Source of the DNA: Mycobacteriales bacterium
Lineage (GTDB): Bacteria > Actinomycetota > Actinomycetes > Mycobacteriales > SCTD01
NCBI GenBank assembly: GCA_038256525.1
Contig: JBBSKF010000001.1
Span: 9,706-73,705, forward strand
Direction of reading: 5' to 3'
DNA: 64,000 nt
The notes beneath the pieces were generated by a model, which was not told the DNA's origin, did not search any database, and saw only the letters and a list, made by a program, of their open reading frames with translations. The position numbers and the translations under genes were made by a program. Positions 47,545 through 55,849 of the stretch are shown here, piece by piece (the first letter of the stretch is position 1; the number at the start of each line of letters is the position of its first letter).

Positions 47545-49236
47545 TCAGAGCAGGCCGCGACCGTTGACCAGGCCCCGCAGGACGAGAGCGAGGCCGAGCA
47601 ACACGACGATGCCGGCCGTACCGAGCGGGAGCAGCCGGGCGAGCGTGCGACCGCGACCGGTGGTCCAGCCGCGGCGGTCGAGGAGGCCGCGCGCGCGCAG
47701 CAGCAGCAGACCGGCCAGCGTCAGGGTGATGGCCATGCCGATCCCGTAGAACAGGACCAGCAGCACGCCGAACCACGCACGGCCGAGCACGGTGGCGCTC
47801 AGCAGGACGAGCAGCGCCGACGGACTGGGTACGAGGCCGCCCGCGACGCCCATGCCGGCGAGGGTCTTCCAGGACAGCGGCCCCTCGGGCAGCGGGGCGT
47901 GGCTGTGCGCCTTGCCGCCGCCGTGGCTGTGGAGGAGCGGCTTGGTGGCGACGGCCAGCCCGCCGCCGGGCGGCGCCGCGCCGGCAGGGACGAGCTCCTC
48001 CGCACTCTCCGGGTGCGGGTGCGGGTGGTCGTGCTCGTGCGGGTGGTCGTGCTCGTGCGGATGGTCGTGCTGGTGCGGGTGCGGGTCCTCGTGCGGGTGG
48101 TCGTGCTGGTGCGGGTGCGGGTCCTCGTGCGGGTGCGGGTGCCCGTCCCCGTGCTCCGTGTGCTCGTGATCTGGCACCGCGCGCAACCGGCGCAGCGCCA
48201 GCACCAGCAGATAGCCGCCGACCAGCGCGAGCAGCACCCCGGACAGCACCTCGGTGAAGGGCACCACGAGCTCTGGTGCGGCAAGCGCCCCCGCCGCAAG
48301 CACCGCACCGAGCAGCAGGACGCTGATCGTGTGGGTGAACGTCACCACCGCCCCGAGCTGCAGGGCCTGTCGGCGGGTGCCTCGCTGGCCGACGAGGTAG
48401 GCCGCCATGACCGTCTTGCCGTGACCCGGCGCCAGCGCATGCAGCACGCCGAACAGCACCGATGCCGCGATCGAGATCAGGGCGAAGGGCGCCGTCAGGT
48501 CCGGCCGGCCCAGGAAGTCGGTGAAGAAGCGGGACACCCGGTCCAGCCCGCGTGGCGCCACCTGGTCCTCACTCGCAGCGCCCGTGGCGGTCCCGGCCGA
48601 GCAGGCGGCACCGGTGCGTACCGAGAATGCCGCCGTCGTCACATTCGACGGCGACTGCAGCAGGTCCTCCGGATAGACCGTGAGCAACCCGCTCGGGCTC
48701 TCGGTCGGGACCGTGGACTGCCGCAGGTCCCCGCACCGGGACGCCGCGGTCACCTCCCGCCAGCCGTTGCGCTCACCGGCCAGCGGGTCGGTGAAGGTGA
48801 CGGTGGAGCGCGGCCGGATGCCGGTGTCGTACGCACACTCGATCCGCACGGTCGGCAGCCCGGCGGCGCCGGGGGCCGAGCGGCCCGAGAAGCCGGTCAC
48901 CGTCAGCGCGGCGCGGGCGCCGTCCACCTCCGCGACCAGCAGTGACCCGACCCGCGAGCACTCCCTGCCGGCGTACGCATCGAGCTCGGCCTCGGACAGC
49001 GTCCCGTCACCGGAGGTGTCCACGCCGGTACGGGACTGGCCGAGCTGCACCGCCGGGATCTCGGCCAGGTCGATGACGTGCTCGACGAGCAGCCCGTCCT
49101 CGGTGACGACCAGCCGGTCGGCGGTGTTGACCGTGAAGTTGCCGAGCGGATGGGCCAGCGCCGCGCCGGCGGGCAGGAGGGCGAGGCCAAGAGCCACCAC
49201 GACCAGGGGCAGGGCACGTCGGAGCCAGCGCTGCAT
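47545..49236 (-). CDS. NicO/RcnA-type nickel/cobalt transporter fused to an N-terminal extracytoplasmic domain
   Basis: Signal peptide ending ALA followed by HPLGNFTVN, HALAPGHGKT NicO signature, His-rich loop (HPHPHEDPHPHQHDHPHE...) and C-terminal TM helices. GGAGG RBS before ATG 49236. Confidence 0.8.
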   Translation of the reverse strand: MQRWLRRALPLVVVALGLALLPAGAALAHPLGNFTVNTADRLVVTEDGLLVEHVIDLAEIPAVQLGQSRTGVDTSGDGTLSEAELDAYAGRECSRVGSLLVAEVDGARAALTVTGFSGRSAPGAAGLPTVRIECAYDTGIRPRSTVTFTDPLAGERNGWREVTAASRCGDLRQSTVPTESPSGLLTVYPEDLLQSPSNVTTAAFSVRTGAACSAGTATGAASEDQVAPRGLDRVSRFFTDFLGRPDLTAPFALISIAASVLFGVLHALAPGHGKTVMAAYLVGQRGTRRQALQLGAVVTFTHTISVLLLGAVLAAGALAAPELVVPFTEVLSGVLLALVGGYLLVLALRRLRAVPDHEHTEHGDGHPHPHEDPHPHQHDHPHEDPHPHQHDHPHEHDHPHEHDHPHPHPESAEELVPAGAAPPGGGLAVATKPLLHSHGGGKAHSHAPLPEGPLSWKTLAGMGVAGGLVPSPSALLVLLSATVLGRAWFGVLLVLFYGIGMAITLTLAGLLLLRARGLLDRRGWTTGRGRTLARLLPLGTAGIVVLLGLALVLRGLVNGRGLL

Positions 49237-49389
49237 GCCGGCATCCTCCTTCACCCGGACCACTTTGCCCTCCCGGACCTTTCGTCTCAGATCGGTGTGC
49301 GGTTCTGGCATCCGCGGCGGCGTCACGGACGAAGGGAGGATGGCGGCCGAGTGCTGTCACACCCCCTGACCCCGACGTGCAGGAGTCCC

Positions 49390-50925
49390 ATGACGACATC
49401 CACGAGGCGAGCGGCGCGACGACGCGCCCTGGCCCTCTTCGCTGCCACCGCGACAGCCGCCTCTGGCGCCGCGCTGCTCGGCCCCAGCACCTCCTCGGCG
49501 TCCAGCCACCGCGAGGCGCCGTACATCCTGAACGACCCGGCGGTGGACAACACCGACACCTTCGCCTTCGTCAGTCCCAACGACCCCGACAAGGTGTCGT
49601 TGATCGCCAACTGGTTCCCGTTCTCCGAGCCCGCCGGTGGCCCGAACTTCTTCCCGTGGGACACGACCGCGGCCTACGACATCAACATCGACAACGACGG
49701 TGACGCGATCGCCGACATCGTCTACCGCTGGACGTTCAAGGACGTCGACAAGCGCGGCACCGTGGATCGCGGCGTCGGCAACGGCGGCAAGGGCACCTTC
49801 CTCTACGCCGACGGGGCGGTCGAGAGCCTGACGGACGAGAACCTGCTGTTCCGGCAGACCTACGACCTGGTCGCGATTCCCGAGCAGGGGCGCCCCGTCT
49901 CGCTGGTGAAGAACGGCCTCGTTGCTCCGTCCAACGTGGGTATGGCGACGATTCCGGACTACCCGAAGTTGCGCCAGGAGGCCGTCACCCCGACGTCCAC
50001 TGAGGGCGGCAGCTCCTACGTCGGCCAGGCCGACGACCCCTTCTACCTCGACCTGCGCATCTTCGACCTGCTGTACGGCGGGGACCTGTCCGCACGGGGC
50101 AACGACACCCTGTCGGGCTACAACGTCAACACGATCGCGCTCGAGCTGCCGAAGGAGGCGCTGGTCGCCGCCGGTGACGCTGCCGCCAACCCGGTGATCG
50201 GTGTCTGGTCGACGACCAGCCGCGAGAAGGTGCGCATGTTCGCGGACACGAACTCCAAGCCCGGCACCTCGCCGACCGACAGCACCGACCAGACCAAGGA
50301 CAACGGCAAGTTCGTGCAGGTCTCGCGCCTCGGTAACCCGCTGGTCAACGAGGCCGTCGTCCCCGCGAACCTCAAGGACTTCTTCAACCGGTCCACCCCG
50401 GATCGCGACGCGCAGTTCCTCGGCAAGGTCCAGGACCCGGAGGTGCCGTTCCTGGTCGAGCTGCTCTACAAGATCCCGAACCCGAACAAGCTGGATTCGG
50501 CCGCCGCGAAGAAGCGCAACGACCTCGTCGCGACCTTCCTCACCGGCTTCTCGGAGGACGTCTTCGACGGTAAGACCTTCGGTGGCCTCGGCGCCGGTGT
50601 CGTGGACGCGAACCTCAACTCGCTGGACCTCAACGCGGTCAGCCCCAACCCGGCCCCCGCTGAGTACCTGCGGCTGAACGTCAACGTCCCGCCGTCGGCA
50701 GTGGAGAACCGGCTCGGCGTCGTCGGCGGAGACTTCGCCGGCTACCCGAACGGTCGCCGCCTGAACGACGACATCACCGACGTCACCCTCCAGGTGGCCG
50801 AGGGCCTGCTGCTCGGCCAGACCGCGGCCGCCGGGCTGGGCGACAACGTGAACGAGAACGACGTGCCGTTCCTCGACGTCTTCCCGTTCATCGGCGACCC
50901 GCACTCCGGCTCGGACGTTCCGTAG
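49390..50925 (+). CDS. DUF4331 family secreted protein
   Basis: Signal peptide followed by the SSHREAPYI motif, then NDPAVDNTDTFAFVSP and NIDNDGDAIADI. AGGAG RBS. Confidence 0.8.
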   Translation: MTTSTRRAARRRALALFAATATAASGAALLGPSTSSASSHREAPYILNDPAVDNTDTFAFVSPNDPDKVSLIANWFPFSEPAGGPNFFPWDTTAAYDINIDNDGDAIADIVYRWTFKDVDKRGTVDRGVGNGGKGTFLYADGAVESLTDENLLFRQTYDLVAIPEQGRPVSLVKNGLVAPSNVGMATIPDYPKLRQEAVTPTSTEGGSSYVGQADDPFYLDLRIFDLLYGGDLSARGNDTLSGYNVNTIALELPKEALVAAGDAAANPVIGVWSTTSREKVRMFADTNSKPGTSPTDSTDQTKDNGKFVQVSRLGNPLVNEAVVPANLKDFFNRSTPDRDAQFLGKVQDPEVPFLVELLYKIPNPNKLDSAAAKKRNDLVATFLTGFSEDVFDGKTFGGLGAGVVDANLNSLDLNAVSPNPAPAEYLRLNVNVPPSAVENRLGVVGGDFAGYPNGRRLNDDITDVTLQVAEGLLLGQTAAAGLGDNVNENDVPFLDVFPFIGDPHSGSDVP

Positions 50926-51022
50926 CGGTAGACCAGTAGTCCCTGCACGACCTCGTACGTCCTGCCGGGGCGGTCTCTGATCCCAGAGGCCGCCCCGGTG
51001 GCTTTCCCTGTTTGGAGTTCAT

Positions 51023-51424
51023 GTGTCCCGACGCCTGGCCGCCGGCGCGGCTCTCGCCGTCCTGCTCACCGGCTGCACCTCCTCGGGGGACGGTCCGCAG
51101 ATCCCCGCCGAGTCCGCGTTCCTCGAGGGCACCTGCCGCACGGCCGCTCCCGACGTGATCGCGATCGGCCGTACGATCTCCCGACTCGGCGACGACAACG
51201 TCGTCGACCAGGACGTCAAGGACGAGCTGCGGATCGCCCAGGACGGCGTGTTCGAGCTCGTCGCGACTGCCGAGGAACCGTTCCGGGCCGCCCTGGACGA
51301 GCTGGTCGTCAGCACCGGCGTCGTCCGGATCCGCGCCGACGGCAACAGCTACGAGCCCGACCTCGGTGGACTGCTCCGTCGATCCTACGAGCGGGTGCTC
51401 TCGGTCTGCACGGCCCCGAAGTAG
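51023..51424 (+). CDS. Lipoprotein
   Basis: MSRRLAAGAALAVLLTGC lipobox. GGAG lies 6 nt upstream of GTG 51023. Confidence 0.6.
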   Translation: MSRRLAAGAALAVLLTGCTSSGDGPQIPAESAFLEGTCRTAAPDVIAIGRTISRLGDDNVVDQDVKDELRIAQDGVFELVATAEEPFRAALDELVVSTGVVRIRADGNSYEPDLGGLLRRSYERVLSVCTAPK

Positions 51425-51433
51425 GCTGGCCCG

Positions 51434-51676
51434 GTGGCTCCCGTGCCCCAACCCGGCCCCGACTCGCGCTGGCGCTGCACGCTGTGCGGCAACCTGACGC
51501 GCTTCGACGTCACCCGCTCGACCCGGGCGAGGGAGTACGTCCATGTCGACCTCGCCGGGGTGCCCGTCGTCGAGGAGCGGGAGCTGCTCGTGGACACGGT
51601 GGAGCACGTGAGCTGCCGGTGGTGCCACGCCGTCGACCGGGTGGTCGTCGTCGCACGGCCCTCGACGACCGGCTGA
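51434..51676 (+). CDS. Small zinc-ribbon protein
   Basis: CTLCGN ... CRWCH gives two CxxC pairs in about 80 aa. Confidence 0.55.
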   Translation: MAPVPQPGPDSRWRCTLCGNLTRFDVTRSTRAREYVHVDLAGVPVVEERELLVDTVEHVSCRWCHAVDRVVVVARPSTTG

Positions 51677-51712
51677 GCGAGGGTCGGGCGGGACGCTGCG
51701 TGGTCGGCCGAT

Positions 51713-51941
51713 CCCCTCGGCCCCCCTCGCCCCCCCTCGCGCACTTCCCCCGGGGGGCACTTCCCCCCTCGCCCCCTGCCCCCTGCCCCCCTCGCGCACT
51801 TCCCCCCTCGCGCACTTCCCCCCTCGCGCACTTCCCCTGCAGGACGACACCGCCTGGCGGCGCAGACGTGACATACCGCAGGGGAAGTCGCAGGGTCGGG
51901 GTCGGGGTCGGGGCCGGGGCCGGGGCCGGGGCCGGGGCCGG
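51713..51941. repeat. Composite intergenic repeat block: C-rich 16-mers, 11-bp inverted repeat, G-rich hexamers
   Basis: CTCGCGCACTTCCCCC occurs at 51736-51751, 51791-51806, 51807-51822 and 51823-51838. Inverted repeat ACTTCCCCTGC (51830-51840) / GCAGGGGAAGT (51878-51888). (GGGGTC)3(GGGGCC)5 spans 51893-51941. Confidence 0.85.
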
Positions 51942-51966
51942 TCTCGCCGCGGCATGCTTGTCGGAG

Positions 51967-52245
51967 GTGGCACCTAGCGTCCGACCGGCCGGCATCGAGC
52001 TGGTCCTGAGCCTCCCGGAGGATGCAGTGCTGATCGACTGCGACGACTGCGTCATGCGTGACCTGGCCTGTGCTGACTGCGTCATGACCGTCCTGCTCGG
52101 TGCGCCACCGGGCGCCGTCGAGGTCGACGATCAGGAGCAACGAGCACTGGCGGTCCTTGCCGACAGCGGCCTCGTGCCACGCTTGCGGCTGGTGCCGCTG
52201 GGGCTGCCGGGAGGGAACGGACGACCGGCGAGCGCAGCCGGCTGA
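51967..52245 (+). CDS. Small Cys-rich hypothetical protein upstream of sepH
   Basis: LIDCDDCVMRDLACADCVMTVLLG contains two CxxC-like pairs. The start is uncertain (GTG 51967, GTG 52027, or upstream within the repeat block). Confidence 0.45.
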   Translation: MAPSVRPAGIELVLSLPEDAVLIDCDDCVMRDLACADCVMTVLLGAPPGAVEVDDQEQRALAVLADSGLVPRLRLVPLGLPGGNGRPASAAG

Positions 52246-52327
52246 GACCTGCTGCTTGTGATCCGGCGCTTGACCCGCGAGACTTTCGCCACGTCCGGGT
52301 GACCGCGCCCGGCTGGACGGAGGAACG

Positions 52328-53644
52328 GTGCGCGAGCTGCACGTCGTCGCGATGAGCGAGGACGGCCGACACGTCGTGCTCGCCACGCGCAAGGGGGTGA
52401 CCCGCGGCGAGTTCAAGGTGGCGCTCGACGATCGCCTGGCGGCGGCGATGCGCGGCGAGTTGCCACGGCCCGGGGAGCGTTCGGCGCGGGACATCGTCCT
52501 GTCTCCGAAGGAGATCCAGGCCCGCCTGCGGGCGGGTGAGTCGACCGAGCAGATCGCTGCCTCCGCCGGGGTGCCGGTTGCGCGGGTCGAGCGATATGCC
52601 GGGCCGGTGCTGTCCGAGCGGGAGAAGGTGATCAACGGCGCGCGTGCGGCGGTGTTGGCGCGCAGCCGTAGAGGCGTGTCCAGCCTGCCGATGGGTGAGG
52701 CGGTCGCGCAGCACCTGTCCCAGGCCGCCGGCTACAAGCCCGAATCCACCCGCTGGTCGGCCCGTCGCGAGCCGTCCGGCCGCTGGGTGGTCGCGCTGTC
52801 CTATGTCGCCCGCGCACAGACCCGCACCGCCGCGTGGCGCTTCGACCCGGGCACCCGGGAGATCACCGCCCTCGATGCTGCCTCGACCGCGCTCGCTCAC
52901 GTCGATCCGACCCTCGGCCAGCGGGCAGCGGCCAATGAGCGGCTGCCCCCGCCGCAGGAGCTCCGGGCGCCCCGCCGGGCGACGGGGCGGGTGTCGGGGC
53001 GGGCGGCGGCAGCGACGACCGCCGGTAAGCCGTCGTCGCGGCCGGCTGCCGCGACGGTCAAACCGGCCGTCAAGGCTCCGTCGGTCAAGACTCCGGCAGT
53101 GAAAGCTCCGGCAGTGAAGGCTCCGGCAGCGAAGGCTCGGTCCGTTCGGGCGCCCGTCATCACGGGGACGGGCAAGCGGGTGGTCGCCTCCGGACGCCTG
53201 CTTCCCGGCCGGACCATCGCTGCACCGGGGGCGCAGGTCTCGGGCGCTCCCCCAGCGGTTGCCGCACCGTCCGGGTCGGCCCCGGCCGTGCCTGAGACCA
53301 CCGCGCCTGAGACCACCGCGCCTGAGACCACCGCGCCCGACACCACCGCGCCCGACACCACCCCGGCAGCCCCCCCGACCCCCGCAGCAGCGGAGGCACC
53401 GAGCGGTCCGCCGACGCTTCGGGTCGTCCCGCACCCCGCACCCGCCGAGCAGGAGCCGGCCGCGAGCGCCGAGCCGGAAGCAGGGGCGGACGGTTCGGCC
53501 CCCAGCCCTGCCCCGCCCCCACCGCCCCCCCCGCCGGCCCGGCGTGCCGCCGGTGCGCGCGCGTCCGTACCCGCCTGGGCGGACGTCCTGCTCGGCATCG
53601 CGCCGGTCGACCGGCCGGGTGGCGCCGACAAGGATCGGGACTGA
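52328..53644 (+). CDS. sepH: Septation protein SepH (DUF3071)
   Basis: MRELHVVAMSEDGRHVVLAT, LSPKEIQARLRAGESTEQIAASAGVPVARVERYAGPV (HTH) and a long Pro/Ala-rich disordered C-terminus. GGAGGA RBS. Confidence 0.75.
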   Translation: MRELHVVAMSEDGRHVVLATRKGVTRGEFKVALDDRLAAAMRGELPRPGERSARDIVLSPKEIQARLRAGESTEQIAASAGVPVARVERYAGPVLSEREKVINGARAAVLARSRRGVSSLPMGEAVAQHLSQAAGYKPESTRWSARREPSGRWVVALSYVARAQTRTAAWRFDPGTREITALDAASTALAHVDPTLGQRAAANERLPPPQELRAPRRATGRVSGRAAAATTAGKPSSRPAAATVKPAVKAPSVKTPAVKAPAVKAPAAKARSVRAPVITGTGKRVVASGRLLPGRTIAAPGAQVSGAPPAVAAPSGSAPAVPETTAPETTAPETTAPDTTAPDTTPAAPPTPAAAEAPSGPPTLRVVPHPAPAEQEPAASAEPEAGADGSAPSPAPPPPPPPPARRAAGARASVPAWADVLLGIAPVDRPGGADKDRD

Positions 53645-54363
53645 GCCGCCGAGCGGCCGCCGCCCTGCTGACGGTCCTGTTGCTGGTCGGCTGCGCGGGC
53701 CAGCGGACGACGACCCTGGATCAGGCGTCTCCGCTACCGGACCCGTCCGGGCCGACGCTGAGCCGGCTGGACGCGGCCGTCGCCGGCGTCGACAGCACCC
53801 GCACGCAGCTGCTGGCCGCGCCGGCGGCGGTCACCGCCGCCGCCACCGCGCTCGACACGGCTGACGCGGCCAGCGCCGAGGGCGCGCGCGCAGCAGCCCG
53901 CGCGGCCCGGAACGCCGTCCGGGACGTCGTTCCGGCGGCGACGGCCGCCCTCGATGCCCTGCCGCAACAGGCCGCGGAGTACGAAACGGCTCTCGCAGCG
54001 CTGGCTCTGGCCGCTGAGCCGCTCGAGTCGGCGCAGAAGGCCGCCCTCGAGAACGTCGTTACGGCGGGCAGGGCCGAGGCCACCGCCATCATGGCGTTCG
54101 GGCTCACAGCCCGAAACGCCTGGCCGGCCTACACGGCGCTCGACAAGGCGGAGGCCCTGTGGCTGGAGCGGGCGACCGCGGGGTGGTACCGCACCGAGTC
54201 CGAGGCCGCCGATGCCTACACCGTCCTGCTCCGGCCGCAACGCGCGGCCCTGGACCGGGCGCGCGCCGCCCTGCGTGAGGCCGACGCCGGACGTCGCCCG
54301 GCCACGGATCGACAACGGCAGGCGCTGACCGCCGCCGACGCGGCGCTCGCTCCGCTGCGCTGA
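53641..54363 (+). CDS. Lipoprotein, alanine-rich helical
   Basis: The track ORF starts at TTG 53680, inside the lipobox (LLVGC). The upstream in-frame sequence LSRRAAAALLTVLL completes a signal peptide, and the only start-like codon there is CTG 53641. Confidence 0.5.
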   Translation: MSRRAAAALLTVLLLVGCAGQRTTTLDQASPLPDPSGPTLSRLDAAVAGVDSTRTQLLAAPAAVTAAATALDTADAASAEGARAAARAARNAVRDVVPAATAALDALPQQAAEYETALAALALAAEPLESAQKAALENVVTAGRAEATAIMAFGLTARNAWPAYTALDKAEALWLERATAGWYRTESEAADAYTVLLRPQRAALDRARAALREADAGRRPATDRQRQALTAADAALAPLR

Positions 54364-54463
54364 CGGCTCTCGCGAGTCTCCGGCACACGACGGCCGGGCC
54401 GGTCGAGCTCGCATCGGTCTCGAGTCGGACCCCCGGACGCCGGGCCGGCCGTACGATCTGGGC

Positions 54464-55849
54464 GTGACGCTTCCGCCCACATCGAGCATCCGCTCGATGC
54501 GGCTCGTGGCGCTCGCCGTTGTCCTTCAGCTGTCGATGGGCCTGCTCGCGGTCGCCGTCGTCGACCAGCCTGCCGCGCAGCGCCAGCCTGACGCGACGCG
54601 CCCGGCCGTACCGGAGCCGCGTGCCGCCGGGGCGCCGCGCGCCGCCCCGTCGGAGGCCGAGCTCGAGCGGGTCGCTGACGCCGAGCGGCTCGAACAGGTG
54701 GAACAACTGCTGACGGCCCGGTCCGCTGCGATCCTGGGCCGCGACCGGACGGCGTTCCTTGCCACCGTCGACCCCAGGGCCACGGCGCTGCGGGCCCGCC
54801 AGGCGGCGATGTTCGACGCGCTCGCTGCCGTACCGCTCGGCACCTGGGACTACCGCCTCGATCAGGGGGGTGGGCGCGCCGCCGACGCCGGGCTCGACAC
54901 CCGCTACGGCCCCGGGCAGTGGTGGGCCCCCCCGGTGACGCTGAGCTACGGGCTGGCCGGCTTCGACGACACCCCGACGCTGGACCAGCACCACCTGACC
55001 TTCGTACGCCGCGACGGCGGCTGGCTGCTCGGCGCCGACGACGACTTCGACGCGGTCGGAGGCCGCACGCCGCGCGCGTTGTGGGAGCGCGGACCGGTCG
55101 TCGCGGTCCGGGCGCCGGGCGTGCTCGCGCTCGGCCACAAGGACACCTCCTTGCTGCGCAACGTCGCCATGTTGGCCTCCGCCGCCATCCCGCGGGTGAA
55201 CGCGGTGTGGGGCGAGCAGTGGGGCCGGCGCGTCGTCGTGGTCGTCCCGTCCGGCGCCGCCGAGATGGCCTCGTTGATCGACAGCACGCAGGACTTCTCC
55301 CAGATCGCCGCGGTGGCGACCGCCGAGGTCGGTGACGACAGCGGCGACGACGCCGTCGAGCGGATCCTGGTCAACCCGGACACCTTCAGCAAGCTCGGCC
55401 AGCTCGGTCGCCGGGTCGTGCTCACCCACGAGGTCACCCATGTCGCGGCTCGCCGGGCCACCGGGCCGGCCGTGCCGGCGTGGCTCGCCGAGGGCCTTGC
55501 CGACTACGTCGGCTACAAGGACGTGAAGGTGCCGCTGTCGGTCGCGGCGAAGAACCTGCGCCAGGACGTACGCTCCGGCCGCCTCCCCACCGGGCTGCCC
55601 GCCGACGAGGCGTTCAACGGGGGCAACCCCGCCCTCGCGCAGGCCTACGAGCAGTCCTGGCTCGCGGTCCGGATGCTGGTCGAGCGCTACGGCGAGGCCG
55701 AGCTGCTCGCCTTCTACCGGGCGGTCGGCGCGAGCGAGGACACCGAGCGGTCGGTGGTGCTGGCCACCGAGCTTCGTGAGGCGTTCGGCATCGATGACGT
55801 ACGGCTTCTTGCCGACTGGCGGGCCGCGCTGCAGCGCCAGCTCGGGTGA
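54464..55849 (+). CDS. Membrane-anchored protein with an HExxH motif (putative metallopeptidase-like)
   Basis: N-terminal TM helix (LVALAVVLQLSMGLLAVAVV) and VLTHEVTHVAA followed by WLAEGLADY. Confidence 0.55.
   Translation: MTLPPTSSIRSMRLVALAVVLQLSMGLLAVAVVDQPAAQRQPDATRPAVPEPRAAGAPRAAPSEAELERVADAERLEQVEQLLTARSAAILGRDRTAFLATVDPRATALRARQAAMFDALAAVPLGTWDYRLDQGGGRAADAGLDTRYGPGQWWAPPVTLSYGLAGFDDTPTLDQHHLTFVRRDGGWLLGADDDFDAVGGRTPRALWERGPVVAVRAPGVLALGHKDTSLLRNVAMLASAAIPRVNAVWGEQWGRRVVVVVPSGAAEMASLIDSTQDFSQIAAVATAEVGDDSGDDAVERILVNPDTFSKLGQLGRRVVLTHEVTHVAARRATGPAVPAWLAEGLADYVGYKDVKVPLSVAAKNLRQDVRSGRLPTGLPADEAFNGGNPALAQAYEQSWLAVRMLVERYGEAELLAFYRAVGASEDTERSVVLATELREAFGIDDVRLLADWRAALQRQLG

Noticed and set aside
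45597-47567. 656-aa plus-strand ORF antisense to the DEDD/GIY-YIG exonuclease gene
   Set aside because: It is a shadow ORF. The minus-strand product has exonuclease and GIY-YIG motifs, and the plus-frame product is low-complexity.
48000-48150. Tandem DNA repeat (gtgcgggtggtcgtgctc-type units)
   Set aside because: It lies inside the NicO transporter CDS and simply encodes the His/Pro/Asp/Glu-rich metal-binding loop. It is not an independent element.
51713-51941. CRISPR array
   Set aside because: The repeats are 16-mers and hexamers in direct contact with no unique spacers of CRISPR size. No cas genes are present in the window.
50998-52245. 415-aa plus-strand ORF running through the lipoprotein gene, the zinc-ribbon gene and the repeat block
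   Set aside because: It overlaps two better-supported genes in other frames and reads through the tandem repeats. Only its last roughly 90 codons (51967-52245) look like a genuine small protein.
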